Shown: positions 9,812 to 20,250 of the stretch, in pieces
How positions within the stretch are numbered: the first letter of the stretch is position 1
Layout of the letters: every line of letters begins with the position of its first letter
IMG/VR virus record: IMGVR_UViG_3300044626_000224
Span: 1 to 60,125 of that record
Length of the DNA stretch: 60,125 nt
DNA from: a virus
Lineage: Duplodnaviria > Caudoviricetes
Strand: one strand, 5' to 3'
The notes under the pieces: generated by a model
What the model was told of the DNA's origin: nothing
Databases searched by the model: none
Seen by the model: the letters and a program-made list of their open reading frames with translations, nothing else
Translations under genes and position numbers: made by a program

Positions 9812-11419
9812 ATGTCTATCGCAGAACTCATAATGACAGGAACCAACCGCGCATCGGAATCTACCGCATGGGTTGGAGAATCTTTGGCTAAACTTGGTCA
9901 GAATGTAGGTGCGGCATTGGCACAGAAAGAAGCGCAAAACCAAGCTCAAGCTGTGCTACCAGTATTGCAAGCCACATATAAAAGTGCGTTTGATAAAATC
10001 GGACAAGGAAATTTGAGTGAGGGGTATACTGATTTGATGAATGCTCAACTCCAATTTGGAGCATCGAGCAATCCATTTATCCAAAACATGAATCAGCAGA
10101 TGACCGCCATGTCTAAACAATTTGCTGATGATTATCTACGGAAGAGTCAGATTGAAGCATATAATAACAGGTATTCTGGAGGAACAAGCGGCGGTGGGGG
10201 TGGTGGATTGCCAGCAGGGCCACAAGCATTTTTTGGCACAAATCCAGCCGATAATGAACCATTGCCAACGCGAGAAAATTACGTTGAAACAGTTGATGGA
10301 ATGCCAGCAGATAATGCAATGCCCGCATTTACTGGTGGGTTTTCGGCTAGTCTTAATGAGCCTAATCAAAATCAAGAAATGCCTTGGTCTTATCAAATGC
10401 CCAATGCAGTTCAGCCAACTCCAGAAGTTTCAAAAGAATTTGATAAAAATCAACAAGAGTATTTAGGTGCATCTCCAGATAAACAAATAACATATCAGAA
10501 TAATTTAAGCTCTACAAAAGCTCCGATTGGAACAAATGTTTCTCAATTTGATTTTTCAAATATTAAATCATTACGAAATGTAGTCGGCATCGCTGCTCCA
10601 GTGGAAAATATTGTTGAAGTTCCAGAATCACTTTCAGTAACAGAAAACAATAAGGGAACTTCATACGTTACTAAGTTCAATAAGAAGACCACCAATGATA
10701 CTGTAATAGCTAAGTCGGGCGACTTAGTTCTTACTGATGTGCCAAAAGCATTGAGCAGAATATCAAGCAATAAAACCTTGTCAAAATTCTTTAAGGAAAA
10801 TGAATTGGGCAATCTTGATATTGGAGAAAAATCTGAATTAGTAAAAAAACGCGGAAAAGAAACAGAGAGAGTAGAATCTTATTACATTGGAATTGATGGT
10901 AAAAAAGATTCATATATTACAATTTCCAAAGATGACTTTATTGCTGCATCTACAATTCAGAATCTTCCATCAAGTGCTAAAACATTAGATTCTACATTTA
11001 TCATCACAGATAAACCACTTCCAAAAGAAGAACCCGCCGCAACAGAATCTGCAAAACAAAGTATGAGTGTGGCTGAACAAGTTCGTTCACAATATGGTAA
11101 AAAAGAAGAAACCACACCAGCGGCAGCAACACCAGCGGCACAAGAATTAACTCTTGAACAACAAGTGCAACAAGAATTGTCTGGCGCAAAAAAAACTGCA
11201 AGAACAGTAACTCCACAGCAAGCTAAGGCAGTTGAGCAATCAAGAATATCTTCACAAAAATCAAACCTTGAGTCTGAGAAAAGAAGACTTGAAAATCTAA
11301 TTTATACAGTTCAAAGGGCTTCTGGTAAGAAGACATTAAAAGCTGGAATCACAAAAGAAACAGAAGCCAAGGTTAATGCAGAGCTTGATAAAATTAATAA
11401 ACAACTTGCATCCCTGTAA
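9812..11419 (+). CDS. Internal virion / DNA-ejection protein 2
   Basis: 535 aa, helical Gln/Ala-rich N-terminus; synteny. Confidence 0.55.
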   Translation: MSIAELIMTGTNRASESTAWVGESLAKLGQNVGAALAQKEAQNQAQAVLPVLQATYKSAFDKIGQGNLSEGYTDLMNAQLQFGASSNPFIQNMNQQMTAMSKQFADDYLRKSQIEAYNNRYSGGTSGGGGGGLPAGPQAFFGTNPADNEPLPTRENYVETVDGMPADNAMPAFTGGFSASLNEPNQNQEMPWSYQMPNAVQPTPEVSKEFDKNQQEYLGASPDKQITYQNNLSSTKAPIGTNVSQFDFSNIKSLRNVVGIAAPVENIVEVPESLSVTENNKGTSYVTKFNKKTTNDTVIAKSGDLVLTDVPKALSRISSNKTLSKFFKENELGNLDIGEKSELVKKRGKETERVESYYIGIDGKKDSYITISKDDFIAASTIQNLPSSAKTLDSTFIITDKPLPKEEPAATESAKQSMSVAEQVRSQYGKKEETTPAAATPAAQELTLEQQVQQELSGAKKTARTVTPQQAKAVEQSRISSQKSNLESEKRRLENLIYTVQRASGKKTLKAGITKETEAKVNAELDKINKQLASL

Positions 11420-11440
11420 TCAACTTGATAAGTATTTCGC

Positions 11441-14400
11441 ATGACTTTTTCATTTGATGAACTCAAATCTCTTAGGAAAGAGGGATTCACGGACGATCAA
11501 ATTGCTTCTGTTTTATCGTCAAACGATAAAAGTATAGGAGATGTATTTAAAGAGGGCTATACATTAGATCAAATTACATCTGTGATTTCTGGTCAACCAA
11601 TACCAGAACCAGAACCAATCGAAGAGCGAGGTATAGTCCGCGCTGCTGGTGATGTTGGTGTAGCTTTCCTCCAAGGTGGAGTAGGTGCATTCCGTTCTTT
11701 GACTGATATATTTGGCGCAGATAATCCAGCTTCAACTGCACTTCGCGGAGTGGAAGAAGATGTTGGCAATCTCCTTTCTGCTCAAGCAAAGGAAGACAAG
11801 AACGAAGTATCACGCATTCTTACAGAAGCCCAAGATAAAGGAATCTATGATCAACTTGTTGCAGGTGTAGAAGCATTTGCTACTGCACCAGTTCTAACAA
11901 CAGCAGGCGCGGCGGGAAGTATTGCTGTGAACTTACTTGGTGGTATCACCGCTAATGCTGCATCATTAGGGATAAGGGGCGTTGCTTTGGGAGCTAAAGG
12001 CTTGATGGCTTCTCAAGCGGCAGTAGGTGCTGCTCAAGGTGCGGGAACTATCAAAGGTCAAATTTACGATGCAACTGAAAGCTACCTTTTAGAGCAAGGT
12101 ATGTCTCCAGAGATTGCCAAGCAAGGGGCAAGTGAAGCGCAATCATACGGAGGTAAAAATTTAGATAGCATACTTCTTGGAACGGGACTTGGTGCTGCCA
12201 ATGCATTGACTGGTGTAGAAAAGATTGCTGGCAATGTCATACTAAAACAGGGTGGTATCCCAACAAAATCAGCAGTAAGACGCTTTATTACTGGAACCGC
12301 TGGTGAAATGGCTCCAGAGGCAGTGCAAGCAGGACAAGCGGAAGCAGCACAAAACTTGGCACTGCAACGTGAAGGTGCTGATGTTCCAACTATGCGAGGC
12401 GTTGCATCTGCTGCTGCATTAGAGGGACTCGCTGGTGGTGCGCTTGGTGGCCCAACATCATTGTTCTTCAATAGACCAAGGGGGGAAACGCCACAGGTTG
12501 CTGAAGAAAGGGAAATAGATTCAACATCAGATCAAGTGGCAGACGAACTTGATAAGGAACCAACATCTCCAGCCACTGAAATGGCAATGAGGAGAATGCA
12601 GTCCCAAACTCAAATCGATAATCTTAAAACAGAAATCGAAGAGGACGAGCTTACTCTTCAGTCTATAGAGCAGACTTCACCAGATAGACAGAGGGCTGAG
12701 TTAGCACTGAGTGGCAAGAAAACTGCCTTGGCAAATTTAGTCTCAGAGTTCAATACAATTCCCAAAGAAGAATTATCGGAAACGATAATTAAGGAAGAGC
12801 AACCTGTCGCAGCACCTGCAACACCCACCGCTACCAAGGAATCAGCACTCGCAAAGATCGAAGAACTAAACAAGGAGTTCGATGCTTTGGATGAAAACGA
12901 CCAAGTAGGCATAAATAGGGTGAACGAAGCTATCGCAGTTGAGCAGAACAAACTCGCTGAACTTACCGCTATTGAGCAGGGAGTAGAACCACAGGGAACA
13001 ACTCCAACCCGTGAGATGGGACTTCCACCATCGGGTAGGAGATCAGAATTCGGAACCTTCTTTCCAGATCGACCAGTCCTTCAAGCATTCGTTAAGGCTA
13101 CAGACAAAGTTCTCGGAGCTATACAGGCTACAGGGAAACGCGCCCAGAAGCTCAAGAATGCGATCAGAACGGGGATTGCTGCCAATGCAGGGTTCTTGGC
13201 CGGAACGAACACAGAGGTTATCTCAAGCGAAGAATACGCCAAGCTGACAGGTGGCAAGCAAGTAGCCGCCGATACAGGCACATACCGCGCAACATTCCTC
13301 AATGGTAAAAAGTATCTGGTAGTTCCAGATGTAAATGTGCTTCAGCAATTAGCAACTCAAGGTGAACAACGAGCAGCAAGCAGAGACGCTGCATTGGATC
13401 AAGAGTCACGAGCAGCAGCCAAGAAACTGGAAGAGGAGATGATCCACCTCTCCATGTTCCAAGGTATCCAAGACGAGTATAAGGCTCTCAAGAAACCTAA
13501 ACTCACAGAGCAGGAATACATCGTAAAACGAATCTCTGACATAGCCCAAGAAGTAAAGCGCACCAATCCTAATGCTTTGCCGGGCGTTTCTGAAGTATAC
13601 TTGAACGAGAAGAACAAGAACCTCGATGACCTTACCTTCTCTCAAGAGTTCATGCGAATGGTGATCCAGCGCGTAAGAACTGGGCAGATCACCGAAGACT
13701 TGAATGCTATCAGAGCAGCAGAGAAAGAAGCATTCTCTGACAAAGATAAGGGTCTTATCGCGGCATGGAAGAACTCCATCCTTAACGCACTCAAGTTCGC
13801 TCGTAACTCCATCGCCCGTTACCTTGGCAAAGGAACCTCGACCAAGGAAGTGAAGAAGATGGAAGATGCCATCAACAACATCCTTGATGAGTATGGTATC
13901 GTAAAGGGTGAGGCTAACTACGAGTTTAAGGATTACTCTGCTGCTCAACCTAAAGGTGGAGTGAAAGCAGAACCCACCGAAGTTACCCCAACTACTGAGG
14001 AATCCTTACCAGTTGAAGCAGTATCGGAAACGATAACTCCAGCAATCGAAGCGAAGGCTGGCGGCAGATCAATGTTAGCAGCATTAGCAATTGCCGGACT
14101 TCCAATATCAGCTCCAATACAGCAAAGTAATATCAAGGGATCAGAAAAATTAGAAAACATACAGGGATATGAAAAGTATAAAGTTGGAGGAAAGGAATAC
14201 TATCGAATAGATACCTCCGTAAATCCAGAGTTAGAAAAAGCTACTACACTTGCGGCTGAAATCGGAGCTTCGTTATATACTAAACTTGATAATAGTCCAC
14301 AGGCAAAAATATACAAAAGAGTAGTTCTTGAAAGAAATGGAACTACTATTACAGAAAAAGATTTTACTGCTGATGAACTCGCCCAACTCCAAGATGCTGT

Positions 14401-17400
14401 AGTCAGCGCATTAATGAATGGCCGCAATTATGTAACTTATAAAGATTTTGGCATGGAGGTAGGTGATGCCGTTGTTACTAATAATCCTTGGATGGAAATA
14501 ATAGGAAGAGCCAAAATAGTTAAGGATAAATCTAATAACATATTTGTAAAAGACACTTACGATTTTAATCTAAGTCAAAAAGATGCATTCATATCACCAA
14601 CTTCAGTAATTGCAGAATCAGTAAGTAATCCAAGAGTTGCTGCAATATGGCTTGCTGCGCGAGTAGTCCCGCAAACGACTGAGGGTAAAACTGGAGTTCC
14701 TGTAAAAATAAAAATTTCTGGTCTGAAAGAACGAATGACAGAATCTTATTTTGAAAAGGCAGCTAATATTACACCTATCGAAGCGAAGGCAGGCGTAACT
14801 CCAGAAGGTGAACCAATGTCCAAGAGAGGGCAGAGCGTCATGCAGAAGATCACAACAAGAATGATCTCTGACTTGGAAGCTCAAGCAGAAATGCTTCGGC
14901 CAAAAGATAACAAGGCATACACCGAGTATCAGTCCCGCGCTGCACAGAAAGATAAGAAGTGGAATAAGGCATTACTTTCTCCGTTCTCAATCGCCGCGAA
15001 TCTATTCACATCGAACTCATTCACGGCAGCAAACAATGCCTTGGATAAGATTTTCAGAAACAATCCAGACGCTGACTTCTTTAGTGTTGCTCAGAACTTA
15101 GCAGGAATGGATGAGGCTACCGCACAGAGAGCATATAACATTTCTCCATACGAAAGATTGGTATTGATGGAGATGATGTATGAACTCTCTTCTGTTTACA
15201 GAAAAGAAGTGATGGACTCCAACATGAAGGCGACTGCCCGTGAATCTTTTGCTTTGGAATCCATAAATGTAGAGGCGGGATTGGCTCGTAACATTGCTCT
15301 TACTTTGCGTGAGAGTGGAAGAATGGTTCAAGCCGCCGCTGCCCTTCGCAAACTTGTCGGCGCAGGCATGGCTATCGATACCTACAAGAAGAACATCATT
15401 GCTTCGATGGGTAATCTGTCAGCAGTTACAAGATCATCATTCAATGAAGTAGCTAATGCCGTCCGAGGTGATCGGCGCAAGTCGATGGATAAGGTTTTCA
15501 ATACTAAAGAAGTATTTAGAAAAGCAGCATCCTTGATCAAGATGGCGCAGAGGAATCCAGAGAAGGTTCGTCAATCAATCCGCGCAGAGGTTTCTAAAAA
15601 GCAAACCGACTCAACCCGCCAGATTCTATTAGACTTTGCGGCGGGACTCTTCGATACCAAAGAAGACAAGTATGCCAACATGGTAGTAGACCAAACTGTT
15701 CAGAACATTCTCTCGATTGGAATGAACAAGAAGGAATTCTCCATCGATAATGTAACCAAGTTCATGTATCAGTCCTTCGCCGCTGCCGCAAAGCAGATGG
15801 GCATCCAACAAGCTGGGATTGAAAAGCAGAAGGCAGGCAAGCGCAGTGGCAAATACTTGGAGATGGTGAAGGCAGTTATCGGAAACGATAATGCTTACAA
15901 GTCCTTCTTGAACGATTTGGCAAACCGGATGGCAGAGAAGTATCAGAGCAGAGATGCATTCAACGCCGACTTCGCGGAACTCTTCAAGGCACTCCGATCA
16001 AACGAATGGGCAGACAAGTTAAGGACGCAGGCAATCAAAGACTCAGCAGACTTCTTGAACTACAAGTTCAATGATCTATTCACCTACCTTGGATCGAAGA
16101 GAGATGTAACACAAGAAGCAGTCAAGCAACACATCCGCACAGAGCTTCAAGGAACTGGCGCATCGAATGAACTGATCGAGAAGTTCATCCAAGACACAGA
16201 CAAGTATCTGAACGATGAAACGAGCAGAATTCTGCAAGATAAACTTGGATTCCGAATCGATGAGAAGACTGGCAAGGTAATGCCAAAGCCTCTCATGTCG
16301 GCTAAGATTCAAGAGGAGGCTGAAGCTCAGTTCAAAGCAATCAAGAACCTCAAAGACATCTCAAAGTTATCGACGAGCGATGAGGGTAACTTCAAACAAA
16401 ACTTGATCAGCAGGATCATCACTGAGGTTGGAATGGATGAGCAAAATGCTACTGAGTTGGCTACCTTAATCTCCGCTCAAATGGAGAAGGCAATGCTGGC
16501 GCAGAGGAGCGAGAATGTAGACAAGGCTATCAAGAAAGCTCAAGAGATATTATTAAACAATAAAGTTAAATCAACCGCCAATCAACGCACTATCCTCCAA
16601 AAACTAATTGAGATGGCAAACATGGGCGTATTGGATTCAGAGATGGTCTACGAAGCATTCAGACAAACCCATGACTTCCCTAAAGGTTTCATGCCATACG
16701 ATGCTGAGTTTGCAAATACCATCCGCGAGTGGGGTGATAGGATTTCCAAACTTCCAGCAGGAGTGATCCGTAGCATCGAAGAGGATAAGATGGGTCGAGC
16801 GTTGTTAGGTCGGTCTAAGTTCACTACTGGCGATGTTCTCTCAAGCTATTGGTATTTTGCACTGATCTCACAGGCATCAACTTCTGTGATTAACGCTTTA
16901 TCTGGTTCAAGTAACTTGATTGCCAACGTAGCTACATGGTCATTATACAATCCTAAATCATTCTTCCCAATGATGAAGGCGATGTATTCTGCTATTTCTG
17001 GGAAGCAGTCAGCGGCAGTCAATTCATTCCTGTATGTCATGCGTAACGGATTAAACCCATCTGGTATGCAGGATGAGAAGAGGGCTAAGTATCCTAAGAC
17101 GAATGTGCTTGAGGGTGCTACCCCAGAGAACACTCCCAAGATTGTTTATTACCTTACCAACTTCGGTGACGGGAAGATTAACTTCCTCCCCGATTGGATG
17201 AACACAGCATTGAAGAATGTTAACCCAAGGCAGTTGATGCGACTGATGAGGGCAACTGATATGTTCTTAAGGGAAGTTGCATACGAAGCGAAAGCAGCAC
17301 AACTTGGTGCAGCGGATTTTACAAGGGAAGGGTTTGACATGGCAAAGCGTCAAGCTGAGTTGGAGTTGGCATCATCGCAGGCTACTGGCAAACAGAAGGA

Positions 17401-18724
17401 GCAGGAGGTCATAATCCGCGCAAATGAAATCTATCGTGAGCAGAGATTGAAGGATGAGGAGAGACGAGCTATTGCGGAGCAGGCATCACTCGAAACTGCA
17501 TTCAACCAAGACCCGCAAGGCTTATTCGGCATGATGGCAAACTTTGTTAATGCACTTCTTGCCAAGTATCCAGCCACCAAATTCGTAATCCCATTCACAA
17601 ATGTTGTGGCTAACGTAACGAATGAGTTCCTTAACTACACATTCCCAGTTGCAATGTGGCGCGTGTATCAATCCAAAAAGAATGGATTGAAAGATCCGTT
17701 TACCCAAGGTCGAGCAGATAAAGAACATGAGATAGCAATTAAGGGCGTGATTGGTTTTGCTGCTTTGGTTGTTCCTTTCATTATCCAAGCACTCACAAGT
17801 GGAGATGAAGAGGATCAAGAGAAGCGTCCATATGTTCAGTTCTATGCTGAAGGGCCAAAAGACCCGCGACAAAAGAAAATCTGGCAGCAACGGGGAGGTC
17901 AGAAGTATTCAGTAAGAGTTGGTGATACATACTACTCATACCTATACACTCCACTTGTTATACCATTGGCTATGTCTGCGATGTTGCAGGAAGAAGTGAA
18001 GTCAATGAAGAAGAAGGGCGAAAAACTTCAAGCCGAAGACATGGGGAAACTTGCAGCAAGCGTTCTGACTGCACCATTCTCTGTTGGATTCGTTGCTGTC
18101 CTCAACCAATCATTCCTTACTGGTCTTGCTGACTTGCTGGAGTTCAAGGAATCTCAAGACCCAGTTCAAAAAGGAACGCAATTTGTAGGAGGAATCATAT
18201 CCCGTATGTTGGTTCCGGGTGCATTCCGCGACATCAACAAACTCTACACAGAAGACAAAGCAGTGGGTGGAGATTACCTTTCAAACTTCTTCAAGGATAT
18301 GCCCGGATCAGTGAACTTCTTGAACAAGGATGTGAACTACTTTGGTGATGATGCCAAGTTCCCATCTGCTGTGCAAGAGTCTGGATTCGGAAGACGCTTG
18401 GCAAGTGTTGTTGGCCGTATCGTTTCTACTGAGCAACCAGACCCAGCATGGGATGTTTTGTATAGAAACAACCTTACACCTCCAGCTTGGGATTCAAGCC
18501 TGTCATGGGATAATGGGAAGAAGATGACCAAGGAGCAGGAGTTGCAGTTTATCAGAGAGGCTGGGCCAATGATGCGTGATGCTATCATTGACATACAAAG
18601 TGATCTTGATGAGCTACCACTTGATGAAGCTCAAGACCTACTCAGCACAGAGATTCGTATCATCCGTAGAGAGGTGAAGGAAGACCTGCAAGATAGGTTG
18701 GAAATCCCTCTTGACATTGAGTGA
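11441..18724 (+). CDS. Large internal virion / DNA-ejection protein (2427 aa, polyvalent-protein-like)
   Basis: Size; Gly/Ala-rich membrane-like N-terminal part; C-terminal helical region with IPFT.V..N and YS.RVGD.YYSY motifs; last gene before a terminator. Confidence 0.65.
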   Translation: MTFSFDELKSLRKEGFTDDQIASVLSSNDKSIGDVFKEGYTLDQITSVISGQPIPEPEPIEERGIVRAAGDVGVAFLQGGVGAFRSLTDIFGADNPASTALRGVEEDVGNLLSAQAKEDKNEVSRILTEAQDKGIYDQLVAGVEAFATAPVLTTAGAAGSIAVNLLGGITANAASLGIRGVALGAKGLMASQAAVGAAQGAGTIKGQIYDATESYLLEQGMSPEIAKQGASEAQSYGGKNLDSILLGTGLGAANALTGVEKIAGNVILKQGGIPTKSAVRRFITGTAGEMAPEAVQAGQAEAAQNLALQREGADVPTMRGVASAAALEGLAGGALGGPTSLFFNRPRGETPQVAEEREIDSTSDQVADELDKEPTSPATEMAMRRMQSQTQIDNLKTEIEEDELTLQSIEQTSPDRQRAELALSGKKTALANLVSEFNTIPKEELSETIIKEEQPVAAPATPTATKESALAKIEELNKEFDALDENDQVGINRVNEAIAVEQNKLAELTAIEQGVEPQGTTPTREMGLPPSGRRSEFGTFFPDRPVLQAFVKATDKVLGAIQATGKRAQKLKNAIRTGIAANAGFLAGTNTEVISSEEYAKLTGGKQVAADTGTYRATFLNGKKYLVVPDVNVLQQLATQGEQRAASRDAALDQESRAAAKKLEEEMIHLSMFQGIQDEYKALKKPKLTEQEYIVKRISDIAQEVKRTNPNALPGVSEVYLNEKNKNLDDLTFSQEFMRMVIQRVRTGQITEDLNAIRAAEKEAFSDKDKGLIAAWKNSILNALKFARNSIARYLGKGTSTKEVKKMEDAINNILDEYGIVKGEANYEFKDYSAAQPKGGVKAEPTEVTPTTEESLPVEAVSETITPAIEAKAGGRSMLAALAIAGLPISAPIQQSNIKGSEKLENIQGYEKYKVGGKEYYRIDTSVNPELEKATTLAAEIGASLYTKLDNSPQAKIYKRVVLERNGTTITEKDFTADELAQLQDAVVSALMNGRNYVTYKDFGMEVGDAVVTNNPWMEIIGRAKIVKDKSNNIFVKDTYDFNLSQKDAFISPTSVIAESVSNPRVAAIWLAARVVPQTTEGKTGVPVKIKISGLKERMTESYFEKAANITPIEAKAGVTPEGEPMSKRGQSVMQKITTRMISDLEAQAEMLRPKDNKAYTEYQSRAAQKDKKWNKALLSPFSIAANLFTSNSFTAANNALDKIFRNNPDADFFSVAQNLAGMDEATAQRAYNISPYERLVLMEMMYELSSVYRKEVMDSNMKATARESFALESINVEAGLARNIALTLRESGRMVQAAAALRKLVGAGMAIDTYKKNIIASMGNLSAVTRSSFNEVANAVRGDRRKSMDKVFNTKEVFRKAASLIKMAQRNPEKVRQSIRAEVSKKQTDSTRQILLDFAAGLFDTKEDKYANMVVDQTVQNILSIGMNKKEFSIDNVTKFMYQSFAAAAKQMGIQQAGIEKQKAGKRSGKYLEMVKAVIGNDNAYKSFLNDLANRMAEKYQSRDAFNADFAELFKALRSNEWADKLRTQAIKDSADFLNYKFNDLFTYLGSKRDVTQEAVKQHIRTELQGTGASNELIEKFIQDTDKYLNDETSRILQDKLGFRIDEKTGKVMPKPLMSAKIQEEAEAQFKAIKNLKDISKLSTSDEGNFKQNLISRIITEVGMDEQNATELATLISAQMEKAMLAQRSENVDKAIKKAQEILLNNKVKSTANQRTILQKLIEMANMGVLDSEMVYEAFRQTHDFPKGFMPYDAEFANTIREWGDRISKLPAGVIRSIEEDKMGRALLGRSKFTTGDVLSSYWYFALISQASTSVINALSGSSNLIANVATWSLYNPKSFFPMMKAMYSAISGKQSAAVNSFLYVMRNGLNPSGMQDEKRAKYPKTNVLEGATPENTPKIVYYLTNFGDGKINFLPDWMNTALKNVNPRQLMRLMRATDMFLREVAYEAKAAQLGAADFTREGFDMAKRQAELELASSQATGKQKEQEVIIRANEIYREQRLKDEERRAIAEQASLETAFNQDPQGLFGMMANFVNALLAKYPATKFVIPFTNVVANVTNEFLNYTFPVAMWRVYQSKKNGLKDPFTQGRADKEHEIAIKGVIGFAALVVPFIIQALTSGDEEDQEKRPYVQFYAEGPKDPRQKKIWQQRGGQKYSVRVGDTYYSYLYTPLVIPLAMSAMLQEEVKSMKKKGEKLQAEDMGKLAASVLTAPFSVGFVAVLNQSFLTGLADLLEFKESQDPVQKGTQFVGGIISRMLVPGAFRDINKLYTEDKAVGGDYLSNFFKDMPGSVNFLNKDVNYFGDDAKFPSAVQESGFGRRLASVVGRIVSTEQPDPAWDVLYRNNLTPPAWDSSLSWDNGKKMTKEQELQFIREAGPMMRDAIIDIQSDLDELPLDEAQDLLSTEIRIIRREVKEDLQDRLEIPLDIE

Positions 18725-18786
18725 GGCTGATGTAGTCTGAGTCCGCAGCATTTCGGGATGTTGTATACGTGTTATTCATTAGGTTG

Positions 18787-18822
18787 ACGCACCTCGGAGA
18801 AATCTGGGGTGCGTTTTCTTTT
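18787..18822 (+). terminator. Rho-independent terminator ending the virion operon
   Basis: ACGCACCTCGGA-GAAA-TCTGGGGTGCGT hairpin followed by TTTCTTTT. Confidence 0.8.
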
Positions 18823-18866
18823 ATCGTTTCCGATAAAAATATTTTTAGAAATATTATAAAAATCTA

Positions 18867-18894
18867 TTGACGATTATCGGAGGATTGGTAGTAT
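18867..18894 (+). promoter_or_regulatory. Sigma70-like promoter for recombination/replication genes
   Basis: TTGACG-16 nt-TAGTAT with TG extension and AT-rich upstream tract. Confidence 0.55.
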
Positions 18895-18935
18895 CTACAT
18901 TGTTGGACGGCACAACCCCCGTCCACATAAAACTA

Positions 18936-19151
18936 ATGAAAGATACACCAACAGTAAAAAAAGAAACGACAGAAAAACCAGTAGTGCAGAACACAGAACT
19001 CCAGCGTGAAATCTATCTCCGCTTGGTTTCATCGGCAGCAGCAGACGGACGATTCCTCTTGGGTAATCTTCCCAATGCACAAGCAGTAGTCAAGCAAGGC
19101 GACCACCTCAAGGGTGTAGCTGAAATCCTTGCCAAGTGCTACGAGCAATGA
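18936..19151 (+). CDS. Hypothetical protein
   Basis: ATG at 18936 downstream of promoter; ATGA overlap with next gene. Confidence 0.6.
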   Translation: MKDTPTVKKETTEKPVVQNTELQREIYLRLVSSAAADGRFLLGNLPNAQAVVKQGDHLKGVAEILAKCYEQ

Positions 19152-20014
19152 CAATCACGAATAACTTCGGGCTTCCTGCCCCAATGTATCGGGCGTTAGC
19201 TCACGATGGTTACACGCCCGGAACGAAGAAGGCTGACATCTCCGTGACCAGCTTGATCGGGCCACCGAAGATCAACCAACTTAAGAAACGCTATTCTGAG
19301 CAGATCACAGAAGACGCATCCGATAGGGTGTGGGCATTGCTTGGTCAGTCAGTGCATAAAGTTCTTGAGTTGGCAGGAGGAGAGGACGAGATGACTGAGA
19401 AGCGTCTATACAAAGAGATCAATGGCTGGACGCTGACTGGTCAGACTGACCTTTACGAGACTGGTAACAAAGTAATCTCTGACTTCAAGGTAACATCGGT
19501 ATTCTCCTTTCTTCTCGGCGGCAAGTCTGAGTGGGAAGCGCAGATCAACCTCAACGCCATGCTCTGGAGAGAGTATGGATACGAAGTCAAGAAAGGTCAG
19601 ATCGTCGCCATCCTTCGGGACTGGCAGTCGAGCAAGGCTGAGTTTGACAAAGAGTATCCCCAGTGTGCAGTCCACATTGTAGACATACCTCTTTGGGATA
19701 ACGAAGAGTGCATAGCCTACGCAGCGGAGCGAATCAAACTTCACCAAGCGGCGGCAGCAATGCCAGACGATACCATCCCTGCCTGTGATCCAAAGGAACG
19801 CTGGGCTAAGTCAGATACCTTTGCCATCAAGAAAGATGGCAATAAACGAGCAGCTAAAGTGTGCGATACATTGGAGGAAGCGCAACAACTCCTTCCTACC
19901 TATGGCGCGAAACACTCAATCGAAAAACGAAGCGGAGGGGATATGCGTTGCGAGCGTTACTGCTCAGTAGCACCCTTCTGCCACTACTACAAAACAACCT
20001 ATACAAATGAATAG
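19148..20014 (+). CDS. PD-(D/E)XK Cas4/RecB-like exonuclease
   Basis: GQSVH..LE, E.RL, LTGQTDLY...ISDFKVT, Q.N.NA.L, C-terminal RCERYCSVAPFC. Confidence 0.8.
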   Translation: MTITNNFGLPAPMYRALAHDGYTPGTKKADISVTSLIGPPKINQLKKRYSEQITEDASDRVWALLGQSVHKVLELAGGEDEMTEKRLYKEINGWTLTGQTDLYETGNKVISDFKVTSVFSFLLGGKSEWEAQINLNAMLWREYGYEVKKGQIVAILRDWQSSKAEFDKEYPQCAVHIVDIPLWDNEECIAYAAERIKLHQAAAAMPDDTIPACDPKERWAKSDTFAIKKDGNKRAAKVCDTLEEAQQLLPTYGAKHSIEKRSGGDMRCERYCSVAPFCHYYKTTYTNE

Positions 20015-20243
20015 CAAGCTACTACCACCTATCGAAAGGCTGGCGATGTTGCCAGAAGAGAATAGGCAAGAAGCATTAGACTGGATGGCAAGTCAACCTC
20101 CAGCAATCATAGATGAAACTGTTGATCCAATGATGCGTTGGGAAGTCCGTATTTCTCTTAGCGGAGTATTTGACTTCAACTACATCTACGATAGAGCAAC
20201 CAAGGAAAAGAAATTATTAAAATCAAACGAAGACAACTGGTAA
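20007..20243 (+). CDS. Hypothetical protein
   Basis: 78-aa ORF in operon. Confidence 0.55.
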   Translation: MNSKLLPPIERLAMLPEENRQEALDWMASQPPAIIDETVDPMMRWEVRISLSGVFDFNYIYDRATKEKKLLKSNEDNW

Positions 20244-20250
20244 ATAAATT

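Noticed and set aside
11441-18724. Virion RNA polymerase (N4/crAss-like)
   Set aside because: No recognisable DxxGR or DFDID/NADFDGD catalytic motifs; host-type sigma70 promoters are present
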